Program-made: the position numbers and the translations under genes
Part shown: piece by piece, positions 36,440 through 46,222 of the stretch
Layout of the letters: the number at the start of each line of letters is the position of its first letter
Numbering within the stretch: the first letter of the stretch is position 1
Assembly: GCA_036641395.1 (NCBI GenBank)
Contig: JAVWEY010000004.1
Span: forward strand, 633-64,632
From: Erysipelotrichaceae bacterium
Lineage (GTDB): Bacteria; Bacillota_I; Bacilli_A; Erysipelotrichales; Erysipelotrichaceae
Direction: 5' to 3'
Length of the DNA stretch: 64,000 nucleotides
Notes under the pieces: generated by a model
Told to the model about the DNA's origin: nothing
The model's input: the letters and a program-made list of their open reading frames with translations, nothing else
Databases searched by the model: none

Positions 36440-37841
36440 GTATATTCCCCCAAACATGATGAAATACACCATTTTGATCATTGCGCTCATAAGTGTGAGC
36501 ACCGAAATAATCACGTTGTGCTTGAATTAGATTAGCCCCATTTTCTATACAACTCAAAGTATCAAGATAAGCTAAGCCACTCATCATCGTTGGTAAGGCA
36601 ATCGCATGTTGTGCTCCATCTACCACGCATTTACGTAATGCTGCTTGTTTATTTAAGATTTCATCTAAGAAAAAAGGATCAAGGATTAAATTTTCTAAGG
36701 AAGCATCCTTTACAAAAGCATTCTTAATTGGTTCTAATAAAGCGGATTGAATAATACAACCTGCTTTAAATATATCTGCTATTTTTGCGAAATCTAATTG
36801 CCAATGATTTATCTTAGATGCATTTGTTAAAAGCGAAAAACCTTGCGCATAAGCAATCATTCTAGCTAGGTATAAAGCATCATGAACATTATTTACTAGT
36901 TCTTCTTGATTCATTTGTTTTTCTTTATCTACTTGAATAATAAAAGATAGTTTTGTTCTTAATTCATCCTGATTTGATAGTGTTCTAGCATTACCTGCAC
37001 TGCTGATTAAAGATACATCGATTCCCTGTTTCATTGCTTCAATACTAGTCCATCTTCCGGTTCCTTTTTGTTTTGATTTTGATTTAATTTTATTTAATAA
37101 ATAATCAGTTGTTAAATCATCTTTTTCATTCATAATTTCAGCTGTTATTTTCATTAAATAACTTTTAGTAACCCCTTGATTCCAATTATTAAAAATTGTA
37201 GAAAGTTCATTTTGGTTAAAATTACCAAGTTGTTTTAATAATAAATATGCTTCACTAATTAACTGCATATCTGCATATTCAATTCCATTATGAACCATTT
37301 TCACAAAGTGACCAGAACCATTCTCTCCAATATAACTCACACAAGGTATTCCTTCACTTCTCGCAGCAATTGCTTCAAAGATCCACTTAATACTCTCATA
37401 AACTTCTTTATCTCCTGAGGGCATCATACTAGGACCAAAACGCGCTCCGCTTTCACCTCCGGATATACCAACTCCATAATAATAAATACCTAAATTCTTT
37501 AAATAACTTTGACGAACAATCGTATCTTCATAAAAAGAATTACCACCATCCATGATGATATCACCTTTATCTAATAAAGGAATTAGTTGTTCAATAATGG
37601 AATCAACCGCTTTACCTGCTTGAATCATTAACATAATAATACGTGGTTTAGCCAAAGATTCAACAAACATATCCAGACTTAGAAAACCATGAAAGCCTTG
37701 ATTGTTTTCTTTTATAATACTTTGAGTTACTTCAATACTGCGATTATAACCCGCTACTAATATTTGATGATCACACATATTAAGCGCTAATGCTTTACCC
37801 ATCGTTGATAAACCAATAATACCAATATCTAATTTATTCAT
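36432..37841 (-). CDS. gnd: 6-phosphogluconate dehydrogenase, decarboxylating
   Basis: GIIGLSTMGKALALN Rossmann motif and a 469-aa Gnd-type body. Confidence 0.92.
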   Translation of the reverse strand: MNKLDIGIIGLSTMGKALALNMCDHQILVAGYNRSIEVTQSIIKENNQGFHGFLSLDMFVESLAKPRIIMLMIQAGKAVDSIIEQLIPLLDKGDIIMDGGNSFYEDTIVRQSYLKNLGIYYYGVGISGGESGARFGPSMMPSGDKEVYESIKWIFEAIAARSEGIPCVSYIGENGSGHFVKMVHNGIEYADMQLISEAYLLLKQLGNFNQNELSTIFNNWNQGVTKSYLMKITAEIMNEKDDLTTDYLLNKIKSKSKQKGTGRWTSIEAMKQGIDVSLISSAGNARTLSNQDELRTKLSFIIQVDKEKQMNQEELVNNVHDALYLARMIAYAQGFSLLTNASKINHWQLDFAKIADIFKAGCIIQSALLEPIKNAFVKDASLENLILDPFFLDEILNKQAALRKCVVDGAQHAIALPTMMSGLAYLDTLSCIENGANLIQAQRDYFGAHTYERNDQNGVFHHVWGNIHG

Positions 37842-38796
37842 TTTCTTCCTCTTTTCCTAATATAACGCATAATGGTTCAGGAACAAACTGTTCACTTAAT
37901 TGATTCTCTAATAAACCAGTTTTATCATTTACCCTGATACTAACAATGAGATTACTATAACGATTTGCGATAATTAAACAATGTTGTTTCGCAGCATAAA
38001 TAAAGTCACGAGGATGTTTTCCTCCACAACTCTTTCTTTGAATTACTTGCATTTTATGATTCAAAGCCACAACTATGATTTCATCGACACTGCGAATTGA
38101 AATATATAAATATTTTTCATCTTCAGTTAAGATAATGACAGCGCCTTCACCATCAACATCTTTTTCAATCAATGATAATTGTTCGATTAAAACAAAATCT
38201 AAACTATTTACTTTAAATTTAAATATTTCATTACTTAATTCACTTAAAACATAAAAGATAGTCATATCTTTATTAAATACCCCATGACGAGGGCCACTTC
38301 CCTTTGGGAAATTAATCGCTTTTATAAAACAATTATCCTCTTTATGAAAAATTAATATCTGATCAAGAAAAAGGCAAGGAACCAAAAAATATTCTTTATA
38401 AAAGATAATTTGATGACAACCAGCTTTATCTCTCACATCAATCTTTTTAATAAAAGCAATGTGATCCTCTAGTCTTTCATAAATCATAATATTACCTTCA
38501 TGATAGTTTGCAGTATAGATTCGATTTTCATCTTGTTTAATAAAACAAGTTGGAATTTCATTTAATAAAAGCGAATGAGAATCCTTGTTATTTAGATTAA
38601 AAGTAAAAATACCTGCTTTTGCTTCTTCTTTTACTGTTGAAACTAAAATATCATCTTTTAAAGATAAATATTTTGATTGATAAAGTGGAATCTTTAAAAA
38701 TGGTTTCGATAGAAGTCCATCTTCACTTATTGTATATTCATAAATACCATAATCTTCTTTACTACAAGCGGAAATATAACCAATCTGTTTTTTCAT
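37834..38796 (-). CDS. pgl: 6-phosphogluconolactonase, 7-bladed beta-propeller (YkgB/YbhE type)
   Basis: MKKQIGYIS... is collinear with the B. subtilis YkgB N-terminus. Start 38796 preferred (AAAGG SD). The stop overlaps the gnd start by 8 nt. Confidence 0.75.
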   Translation of the reverse strand: MKKQIGYISACSKEDYGIYEYTISEDGLLSKPFLKIPLYQSKYLSLKDDILVSTVKEEAKAGIFTFNLNNKDSHSLLLNEIPTCFIKQDENRIYTANYHEGNIMIYERLEDHIAFIKKIDVRDKAGCHQIIFYKEYFLVPCLFLDQILIFHKEDNCFIKAINFPKGSGPRHGVFNKDMTIFYVLSELSNEIFKFKVNSLDFVLIEQLSLIEKDVDGEGAVIILTEDEKYLYISIRSVDEIIVVALNHKMQVIQRKSCGGKHPRDFIYAAKQHCLIIANRYSNLIVSIRVNDKTGLLENQLSEQFVPEPLCVILGKEEENE

Positions 38797-38870
38797 AATT
38801 AATATACCTTTATCCTTTATTGACATTATCATACATGTTTCATTATTTTTCTACCATTATTATGCCTAAA

Positions 38871-38898
38871 ACAAAAGAAAACATCACAAAGGATGTTA
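38871..38898 (-). terminator. Terminator after dnaE
   Basis: 6-bp stem aacatc/gatgtt with a 6-nt loop, then TTCTTTTGTTTT on the minus strand. Confidence 0.5.
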
Positions 38899-41800
38899 TT
38901 CTATCTCTACTTTACTTAATTTACGTACTAAACAACTATTTTCTCGATCAATTTTACCTTCAACTAATAAATAATTTCCTTTGATTAAAATATTCACATT
39001 TGCTGAATATATATTCGGCATACAGACTAAATCAAATGAACTTGTTTCATCGCTCACACTTACAAACATCATTAAATCACCATTTTTAGTACGATGTTGT
39101 TTGCATCGATCAACAATACATAACAGTTTCACAAAACCTCGTTTGTTTTGTAGTTCAATTAAAGAAGCAATATCATTTCCTAGTTTATTTCTAAGTGCAA
39201 CAATTGGATGATCACTTAAATAAAAACCGATTACTTCTTTTTCTCGCAATGCTCGCATTGCTTTATTCTCTTTAATTGATTTTAAAGCAGGTTTACTAAC
39301 CAAATCAAAATCAATCGTAATCTGATTCGCATCTTCAATTTTCACCAGCCCTGCATAACGCATCGCATCATCAAGACTTGCTAACATACTTGCTCGATTC
39401 ATTTTAAAATCATCTAAAGCTCCAGCATGTATTAAAGATTCAATTATTTTTGTACTGATTCGACAAGTTGAAATACGTGCAACAAAATCAAAGAAATCAT
39501 GATAAATACCATGTTGCTCTCTTTCTAATAAAAGTTCATTACAAAGTGAAGATCCAATTCCTTTAATTGCCGTTAAAGGAAAGCGTAATCCATTTCTTTC
39601 AATCATATAAGTACTACCACTGTAATTTACACTTGGTGAAAGAACTACTATTTTTCTTTTCTTTGCTTCAAAAATGTATTCACTCGTTTTATTTTCTGAA
39701 CCAATTACGCTATTACATAACGATGCAAAGAAATAAAGAGGTGCATTTGCCTTTAAATATGCCATTTGATAAGCAACCATTCCATAAGCAACACTATGTG
39801 AACGATTAAATCCATAATTGGCAAATTTCATAATTAAATCATAAACCTTGTGAGCTAATTCTTTTTCATAGCCTTTTTCAATTGCTCCATCAATAAACTC
39901 TTTCTGTAAGTTAAATAACTCATCTTCATGTTTTTTACTGATGGCTTTTCTTAAATTATCCGCCTTTGCAAGCGAAAAGCCAGCCATTACTTGGGCTACT
40001 TGCATAATCTGTTCTTGGTAAATCATAATGCCATAAGTATTCTCTAAAATACTTTTTAAATTTGGATGAAGATAATCAATTGTTTCAGGGTGTTCTCTTC
40101 GTTTTAAATATTCAGGAATGTTTTCCATTGGACCAGGTCGAAACAAAGCAATGGTTGCGACAATATCCTCAAAATTAGTCGGTTTCATTTTACGTAATAA
40201 ATTCTTCATTCCTTCACTTTCCAATTGGAAAATACCGACCGTATCAACTTTTTGAATCACATCAAAGGTTAAACGATCATCTAATGGAATTTTCATAATA
40301 TCTAATTTATGTTGTTTATTAATATTCGTAACTATTTCATCAATAATCGTAAGATTTCTAAGACCTAAGAAATCCATTTTAATTAAACCGAGTTCTTCCA
40401 AATATTCCATCGTGAATTGTGTTGCATTATTTCCCTCATCAACATCAATTAATGGACATACCTTTACAATATCATCCTTTGATAAGACAATACCAGCCGC
40501 ATGTTGAGAAGCGTGTCTTGGTAAGCCTTCTAATTGCTTCGCAATTTCAAACATTTTTAAAAAAGTCGGATTTGCGTTAATTACCTGTTTGAATTTAGGA
40601 TTACTTTCATATGTCTTTTGTAATGTCGCTTTTACTACACTTGGAATCATCCGGCATAACATATCAATATCATGTAAACTAATCCCCATTGTCTTACCAA
40701 CATCACGCATAACCTGCTTTGCTGCCAATGTATTAAAAGTTACAATATTCGCAACATGTTGCTTTCCATAGCGCTCCCGTACATAAGCAATGACCTCATC
40801 ACGCCGATTATCTGGGAAGTCAGTATCAATATCTGGCATTGATACACGAGAAGGATTTAAAAAACGTTCAAATAAAAGATTATATTTTATTGGATCAATA
40901 TGAGTAATACCTAAACAATAAGACACCAAAGAACCTGCTGCACTACCTCGACCTGGTCCTACATAAATATGCTGTGTTTTCGCAAAGCGAATAAAGTCCC
41001 ATACAATTAAAAAATAATCTTCATAATGCATATTTGTAATTACTTCTAATTCATAACTTAAACGATTTACATAAGAACTTGGAATCTTTTGAAAGTTCAT
41101 TCGTTTTTCTAGACCTTTATGACAAAGTTCTTTTAAATAGACAGAACTTTCTACCTCATATTTATTTTCAAACTGTGGTAAAGCAGCTTTTTCAAATTGC
41201 ATTTTCACATTACAATTATCCGCAATATAATCACTCATTGCTAAATCATCTAAATCATATAACGCATCCATTTCTTCCTTTGATCTAAAATAACGAGCTG
41301 GACTATAATTCAATGTTTTATCATGAATACTTACTCCCTGCTTCATTGCGCATAGTGTTTTATAACTATCCTCTTCTTCACGATTTAGGAAATAGATACG
41401 CGATATGGCTACTGTTCTAATCTTTAAATTGATACAACACTGTTTTAAAAACTTATTCTTAATCTTTAATAAACCAGAATCATTTCTTGAAATCGCAACA
41501 AAAAAGTTTGAAAAAGCAGCGCTACAAGTTAAAAGAAAAGCATTTATATTATCTTGATTTTCATTAATAACATTCGTTTCAAAATTTGTATCTTCTCCAA
41601 ATAAAACAACAAATAAATCATCACAAAAACTGCTTAAATATTCAATACTCAATTGATCATGTTCTGCATTTAAGTAAGTCGATAGTTTCATTAATTGTAA
41701 GTAACCATCATCATTTTTCGCAAATAATAAATAAGTATATGATTCATTATCTTGAGTAACATTAACTTCCATACCAAATATAGGTTTAATATTAGCTTTA

Positions 41801-41958
41801 TTACAGGCATGGTAAAAAGCCATTGCTCCATGCATTACCTGAAAATCACATAAGGCTACACTTTGATAATGATGTTCATTACAAGCTTTAATAATCTTTG
41901 GTATGGTTAAGGTACTTGATAACAAAGTATAAGCACTGCGCACATGTAAATGGACCAT
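38896..41958 (-). CDS. dnaE: DNA polymerase III alpha subunit, DnaE type
   Basis: N-terminal PHP domain (HLHVRSAYTLL) and the polymerase core (PDIDTDF, GLIKMDFLGLRNL). ATG 41958 follows GGAGGT. Confidence 0.95.
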   Translation of the reverse strand: MVHLHVRSAYTLLSSTLTIPKIIKACNEHHYQSVALCDFQVMHGAMAFYHACNKANIKPIFGMEVNVTQDNESYTYLLFAKNDDGYLQLMKLSTYLNAEHDQLSIEYLSSFCDDLFVVLFGEDTNFETNVINENQDNINAFLLTCSAAFSNFFVAISRNDSGLLKIKNKFLKQCCINLKIRTVAISRIYFLNREEEDSYKTLCAMKQGVSIHDKTLNYSPARYFRSKEEMDALYDLDDLAMSDYIADNCNVKMQFEKAALPQFENKYEVESSVYLKELCHKGLEKRMNFQKIPSSYVNRLSYELEVITNMHYEDYFLIVWDFIRFAKTQHIYVGPGRGSAAGSLVSYCLGITHIDPIKYNLLFERFLNPSRVSMPDIDTDFPDNRRDEVIAYVRERYGKQHVANIVTFNTLAAKQVMRDVGKTMGISLHDIDMLCRMIPSVVKATLQKTYESNPKFKQVINANPTFLKMFEIAKQLEGLPRHASQHAAGIVLSKDDIVKVCPLIDVDEGNNATQFTMEYLEELGLIKMDFLGLRNLTIIDEIVTNINKQHKLDIMKIPLDDRLTFDVIQKVDTVGIFQLESEGMKNLLRKMKPTNFEDIVATIALFRPGPMENIPEYLKRREHPETIDYLHPNLKSILENTYGIMIYQEQIMQVAQVMAGFSLAKADNLRKAISKKHEDELFNLQKEFIDGAIEKGYEKELAHKVYDLIMKFANYGFNRSHSVAYGMVAYQMAYLKANAPLYFFASLCNSVIGSENKTSEYIFEAKKRKIVVLSPSVNYSGSTYMIERNGLRFPLTAIKGIGSSLCNELLLEREQHGIYHDFFDFVARISTCRISTKIIESLIHAGALDDFKMNRASMLASLDDAMRYAGLVKIEDANQITIDFDLVSKPALKSIKENKAMRALREKEVIGFYLSDHPIVALRNKLGNDIASLIELQNKRGFVKLLCIVDRCKQHRTKNGDLMMFVSVSDETSSFDLVCMPNIYSANVNILIKGNYLLVEGKIDRENSCLVRKLSKVEIE

Positions 41959-42022
41959 CACTTACCTCCTGTCTTTCCATTATTCTAACATATTTTTGAG
42001 TATGTTACATCGGTTAGCACTA

Positions 42023-42049
42023 TAAAAAAAGAACTTCTTTCGAAGTTCT
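42023..42049 (-). terminator. Rho-independent terminator after the 561-aa membrane protein gene
   Basis: 8-bp stem agaacttc/gaagttct with a 4-nt loop, then TTTTTTT on the minus strand. Confidence 0.7.
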
Positions 42050-43733
42050 ACTTATAACTTAAATCTAGGTTATCAAATTTGGATACAAGAACTGTTTTTT
42101 CATTACTCTTTTCAAATTGAATTGCAACATTTTGACCAACTTTTGTAATTGGTAATTCATCACTTGAATTGATTGGTACGATGAATAATTTATCACTACC
42201 TTCAATCGTAATATAGTAATTAGAGTTACCATCAATAATGGCTGTGCTTATATTACTTACGATACCACTTACTTTTGTCGGTTTGTATTCCTCATCGTTT
42301 ACTTTGCTTCCGGCTTGTTGAAGGCGCTTTATATAACTCTCACGCGCTTTTTCAACGGTTTCACCAATTCCTACAACTGAATAATTCTGAACAGATACAA
42401 AAGCATACTTTTTAACTAAGCCTTCTTGATCTTTTAATGAGATAAAATAAGTTGGTTGATCCGATATATTAAGCATAATTGGGAAAGTTGCTTTATAACC
42501 TAAGTTTTGTACTTCACCTTCCGCAGAAGACATCGCACTTGCTTCATCAGCACCATTAATCTTAAAGAAATTTGCTTCTTTGTTTTTTAAATTAATTAAG
42601 GCAAATCCAACAATCGAGCGATCAGCACCAATACTTGTAACACCGGTAAAGATATTCGCTTGTCCATCAATTGTTACATAATTATAACCTTCAGTATTCA
42701 TTAACATATCTTTTTGACCAAACAAAGTATTGATAAAGCCATTTACATATTTACCCCAATTCTCTAATTGGTTAATTGCAAATTCAGCAGGTTGAACACG
42801 GTCAACCCATTTAGGTAAATCTTTTAAGCCATATTTCTTCATATCTCCACTAACTGGATCAAGAATAATAACTCCAGTTGCATCTGGTGCATTAAAGAAA
42901 CCTACTTCGTTTTGATAAGTTGAAATAATCCAAAAAGGTTTACCACTATCATCAACTTCAAAGGAATAATCGGTTAACATTTCAGTTGGATAAGAAAAAC
43001 GTACGTGACGTGCTAAATTCTGATTTAAATAACTACTAGGTGCATAACGCATTCCTTTATCAAGTTCTACTAATTCAACATCACTTGGATCAGTAACGTT
43101 AATCTTCACATAACCTGGAATACCTTTATCTTTATTTTGAAACCATTTAAACATATCACGATATTCTAATGGTGATACACGATATAGACCATCTTTAATC
43201 GAAATCAGGGTATATTCATCAGATACACGATATTGTGAACCTAATGCGGTAACTTGCCCCATCTTTTTATCACCTAAACGCTGTGAAACTTCTTTGTCAA
43301 TTACAGGAACTTGATTCATTTCAATTGCTTTAAAATCCTTCGTGAAGTCAGCAGCTTCATTGATTGTTAACTGATCACGATAAGATCCACTTTGAATAAT
43401 ACTTGAACCGAAGATTGACATAACAACCATAAAAATGACAAGTAAACCAGCAGCACCTGCTGTTATTTTTGAAAATACAGATAAACTATGAGTCAAAACA
43501 AAATCTAAGAAAGTAAAAATAAGTAAAAAAGCAACCATATATACAATTGAACCTGTATCATGAATGTTTAATACTGGATGATTTAAATAATAAGTAATAC
43601 CAAATAAAACAAGCGTTACAATAAAAGCAATTAAATGCCCTTTTGATGCATTCATCTGTGGTAAACTATTTCCTTGATTAAATGCTTCCTTGCCTTTTTC
43701 ACCCATAAAAGATTTAAAATCGAATTGTATCAT
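42048..43733 (-). CDS. Conserved-looking membrane protein of unknown function (3-4 N-terminal TM helices + large extracytoplasmic domain)
   Basis: 561 aa. AAGGAG SD. TM helices within residues about 30-115, then a roughly 440-aa soluble region with no motif I can name. Confidence 0.6.
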   Translation of the reverse strand: MIQFDFKSFMGEKGKEAFNQGNSLPQMNASKGHLIAFIVTLVLFGITYYLNHPVLNIHDTGSIVYMVAFLLIFTFLDFVLTHSLSVFSKITAGAAGLLVIFMVVMSIFGSSIIQSGSYRDQLTINEAADFTKDFKAIEMNQVPVIDKEVSQRLGDKKMGQVTALGSQYRVSDEYTLISIKDGLYRVSPLEYRDMFKWFQNKDKGIPGYVKINVTDPSDVELVELDKGMRYAPSSYLNQNLARHVRFSYPTEMLTDYSFEVDDSGKPFWIISTYQNEVGFFNAPDATGVIILDPVSGDMKKYGLKDLPKWVDRVQPAEFAINQLENWGKYVNGFINTLFGQKDMLMNTEGYNYVTIDGQANIFTGVTSIGADRSIVGFALINLKNKEANFFKINGADEASAMSSAEGEVQNLGYKATFPIMLNISDQPTYFISLKDQEGLVKKYAFVSVQNYSVVGIGETVEKARESYIKRLQQAGSKVNDEEYKPTKVSGIVSNISTAIIDGNSNYYITIEGSDKLFIVPINSSDELPITKVGQNVAIQFEKSNEKTVLVSKFDNLDLSYK

Positions 43734-43746
43734 ACTTATGCTCCTT

Positions 43747-44691
43747 CTATGCTATTGCTTGAAGTAATTCATTCAGCAAGCATTCTATTTCTGGTTCATG
43801 TAGTGATTTTACACCACATGCAAGTTTATGTCCACCACCATGATATTTATTGGCAATCTCATCAATTGCTGTATTACGTGAGCGAAGTGATCCGTTGAAT
43901 AAAACTTCTCCATCCGCATCCACTCCATTTTCAACAAATAAAGCCCAAATTTCAAATTCTTCAACATTCGCAAAAGCATAAACCTTTTCTTTTGCTTCAT
44001 TTAAAGTTAAATTAAAACTTTCATACTCCTTTTTTGTAACGATTGTATAAGCAATCTGCTCACCCTTCATTCTCATATGAGAACGTAAATAGGTTTCATA
44101 AACATACTCTTTTTTACTTTTAGTAAAATTCTGTTGATTAATATTTGGAATATTAATTCCAAAATCCGCTAAATAAGCAGCCGCTAATAATGTTTTAGAA
44201 GTAGTTGAAGCAATTGAAAACTGAAGTGTATCGGCAATTAAACCGCTATATAAATAAGTAGCACACTGTGTGCTTAATTTTTCTTGATGATTTAATAATA
44301 ACGTAGCGATAATTTCACAAGTTGCCCCAGCAGCTTCATTCACAATTTGAATATTACCAAATTTCTCTACTTGAATATGATGATCAACTTTCATTGTTTG
44401 AGCTGCTAATATCCATCGCTCATCATCAATCCTTGCCGTATTAGCTGTATCTAAAATAATTGCGAGTGATTTTTTTATTATATCATCATCCACATCATCA
44501 ATCGTTGGATATTGATTTGCGCATGAACCAATATCATCACCAAGCGCATAAACACATTTATCTGGATATTTATCACATATCCAAGTTTTTAAACCAAATT
44601 GACTGCCTAAAGCATCACTATCTGCACCAACATGGCGAAAGATTGTGATGATATCTGCTTGTTCAATGGTGTTAAAAAACTCGTGTTTCAT
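43747..44691 (-). CDS. nrnA: DHH/DHHA1 phosphoesterase, nanoRNase NrnA-like
   Basis: DHH motif (KVDHHIQ) and DHHA1 GGGH (YHGGGHKLACG). 314 aa. The dnaE...nrnA neighbourhood matches B. subtilis. Confidence 0.85.
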   Translation of the reverse strand: MKHEFFNTIEQADIITIFRHVGADSDALGSQFGLKTWICDKYPDKCVYALGDDIGSCANQYPTIDDVDDDIIKKSLAIILDTANTARIDDERWILAAQTMKVDHHIQVEKFGNIQIVNEAAGATCEIIATLLLNHQEKLSTQCATYLYSGLIADTLQFSIASTTSKTLLAAAYLADFGINIPNINQQNFTKSKKEYVYETYLRSHMRMKGEQIAYTIVTKKEYESFNLTLNEAKEKVYAFANVEEFEIWALFVENGVDADGEVLFNGSLRSRNTAIDEIANKYHGGGHKLACGVKSLHEPEIECLLNELLQAIA

Positions 44692-44694
44692 ATA

Positions 44695-45891
44695 TTAAAG
44701 ATCCAAAAGATGATACGTATCACGAGCAATCATAAGTTCTTCGTTAGTCGGGATTAACCATACTTGAACTTTGCTATCATCATTTGATAATAATATTTCT
44801 TTACCACGACTTACTTGGTTTAATTCTTTATTTAATTTAACGCCAAGTACCGCAAGTTTATCACAAATCTTTTCACGCATCTGTGTATCATTTTCACCAA
44901 TTCCACCAGTGAAGACGATTGCATCAAGACCACCCAATTGAGTATAATAACCACCAACTGTATTAATAACACGGTTAACATATAATTCATGAGTTAAAAT
45001 TGCTTGTTCATTTCCTTCTTTAATAGCAGCTTCAATATCTCTACCATCACTTGAAATTTCACTAACACCTAACATCCCACTTTGCTTATTTAAAATATCA
45101 TCAATTTCATCGATGGAAGCACCAGTTTTACGCATGATAAATGGAATAATAGCAGGATCAATATCACCACATCTTGTTCCCATCATAATTCCGGCAAGCG
45201 GTGTAAAGCCCATTGAAGTATTTACGGATTTACCACCATCAATAGCTGTAATACTAGCACCATTACCTAAATGACAAGTAATAATTTTTGTATCTTTGAT
45301 ATCTTTCTTCATCAATTCTGCACAACGAGTTGAAACATATTGATGAGAAGTACCATGGAAACCATAACGACGAATTTTATAATCACGATAATAACTCATT
45401 GGAATTGGATAGATATAACTTGAAGGTTCCATCGTTGAATGAAATGCTGTATCAAATACAAAAACATGTTTAATATTTGGTAAGTTTTTCTTAAAAGCAC
45501 GATAGCCAACTAAGCCGGCTGGATTATGAAGGGGAGCTAAATCAGATAAAGAAGCAAAAGTTGCTTCAACTTCATCATTTACAATTGTTGAAGTTTTAAA
45601 TGCTTCCCCACCATGCACTGCTCGATGTCCTGCACCTTTAATTTCATCTAAACTGCTTACAATATGATTGGCTACTAACGCTTCTAGTAACATGTTTACC
45701 GCAACCTCATGATCTAAGATTGGACATGTTGTTGTAATTTTTTCACCATTTACGTGAATGCTAAATACAGCATTTTCACTACCAATTCGCTCAACCAATC
45801 CACTTGTTAGAACTTTTTCTGTTGGCATTTCAAATAATTGAAATTTTAAAGATGAACTTCCTGCATTAACTGCAATAATTTTATGACTCAT
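44695..45891 (-). CDS. ackA: Acetate kinase
   Basis: MSHKIIAVNAGSSSLKFQ N-terminus. GGAGGG SD before ATG 45891. Confidence 0.95.
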   Translation of the reverse strand: MSHKIIAVNAGSSSLKFQLFEMPTEKVLTSGLVERIGSENAVFSIHVNGEKITTTCPILDHEVAVNMLLEALVANHIVSSLDEIKGAGHRAVHGGEAFKTSTIVNDEVEATFASLSDLAPLHNPAGLVGYRAFKKNLPNIKHVFVFDTAFHSTMEPSSYIYPIPMSYYRDYKIRRYGFHGTSHQYVSTRCAELMKKDIKDTKIITCHLGNGASITAIDGGKSVNTSMGFTPLAGIMMGTRCGDIDPAIIPFIMRKTGASIDEIDDILNKQSGMLGVSEISSDGRDIEAAIKEGNEQAILTHELYVNRVINTVGGYYTQLGGLDAIVFTGGIGENDTQMREKICDKLAVLGVKLNKELNQVSRGKEILLSNDDSKVQVWLIPTNEELMIARDTYHLLDL

Positions 45892-46222
45892 AATTCCCTC
45901 CATTTTCATCGATTTTTTCTAAATCGGATACATATGAATTAATATCTTTATCTTTTAATTCATACAACTTTTGATAAATAATATTTCTTTGTTTAAACTT
46001 CTCTACAAGTTTTAATCGTTCTTCATATTGAATTAAAACTTTTTCGCTTCGCTTTAATAAATCCCCCACGGCTGAGCGTGAAACATTCATAAGTTCAGCA
46101 ATTTCTGCTAAAGAAAAATCTTCTTTATAATAATAATTAAGCATCTGCTGTTGCTTTAACGTTAATAAAACATCATAGGCATCTAATAATTCATTTACAT
46201 AAGTTATATCTTTTTCATTCAT
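45881..46222 (-). CDS. ylxM: YlxM/p13-family HTH protein (normally SRP-operon associated)
   Basis: LTLKQQQMLNYYYKEDFSLAEIAELMNVSRSAVGDLLKR is collinear with B. subtilis YlxM. The track start at 46231 is TTG, and ATG 46222 is preferred. Confidence 0.85.
   Translation of the reverse strand: MNEKDITYVNELLDAYDVLLTLKQQQMLNYYYKEDFSLAEIAELMNVSRSAVGDLLKRSEKVLIQYEERLKLVEKFKQRNIIYQKLYELKDKDINSYVSDLEKIDENGGNYES

Noticed and set aside
36440-36514. N-terminal extension of zwf overlapping gnd by 83 nt (track ORF 35036..36514).
   Set aside because: The conserved Zwf N-terminus (MASSLTIFGGTGDL) starts at ATG 36439. The extension is hydrophobic nonsense read from inside the gnd coding sequence.
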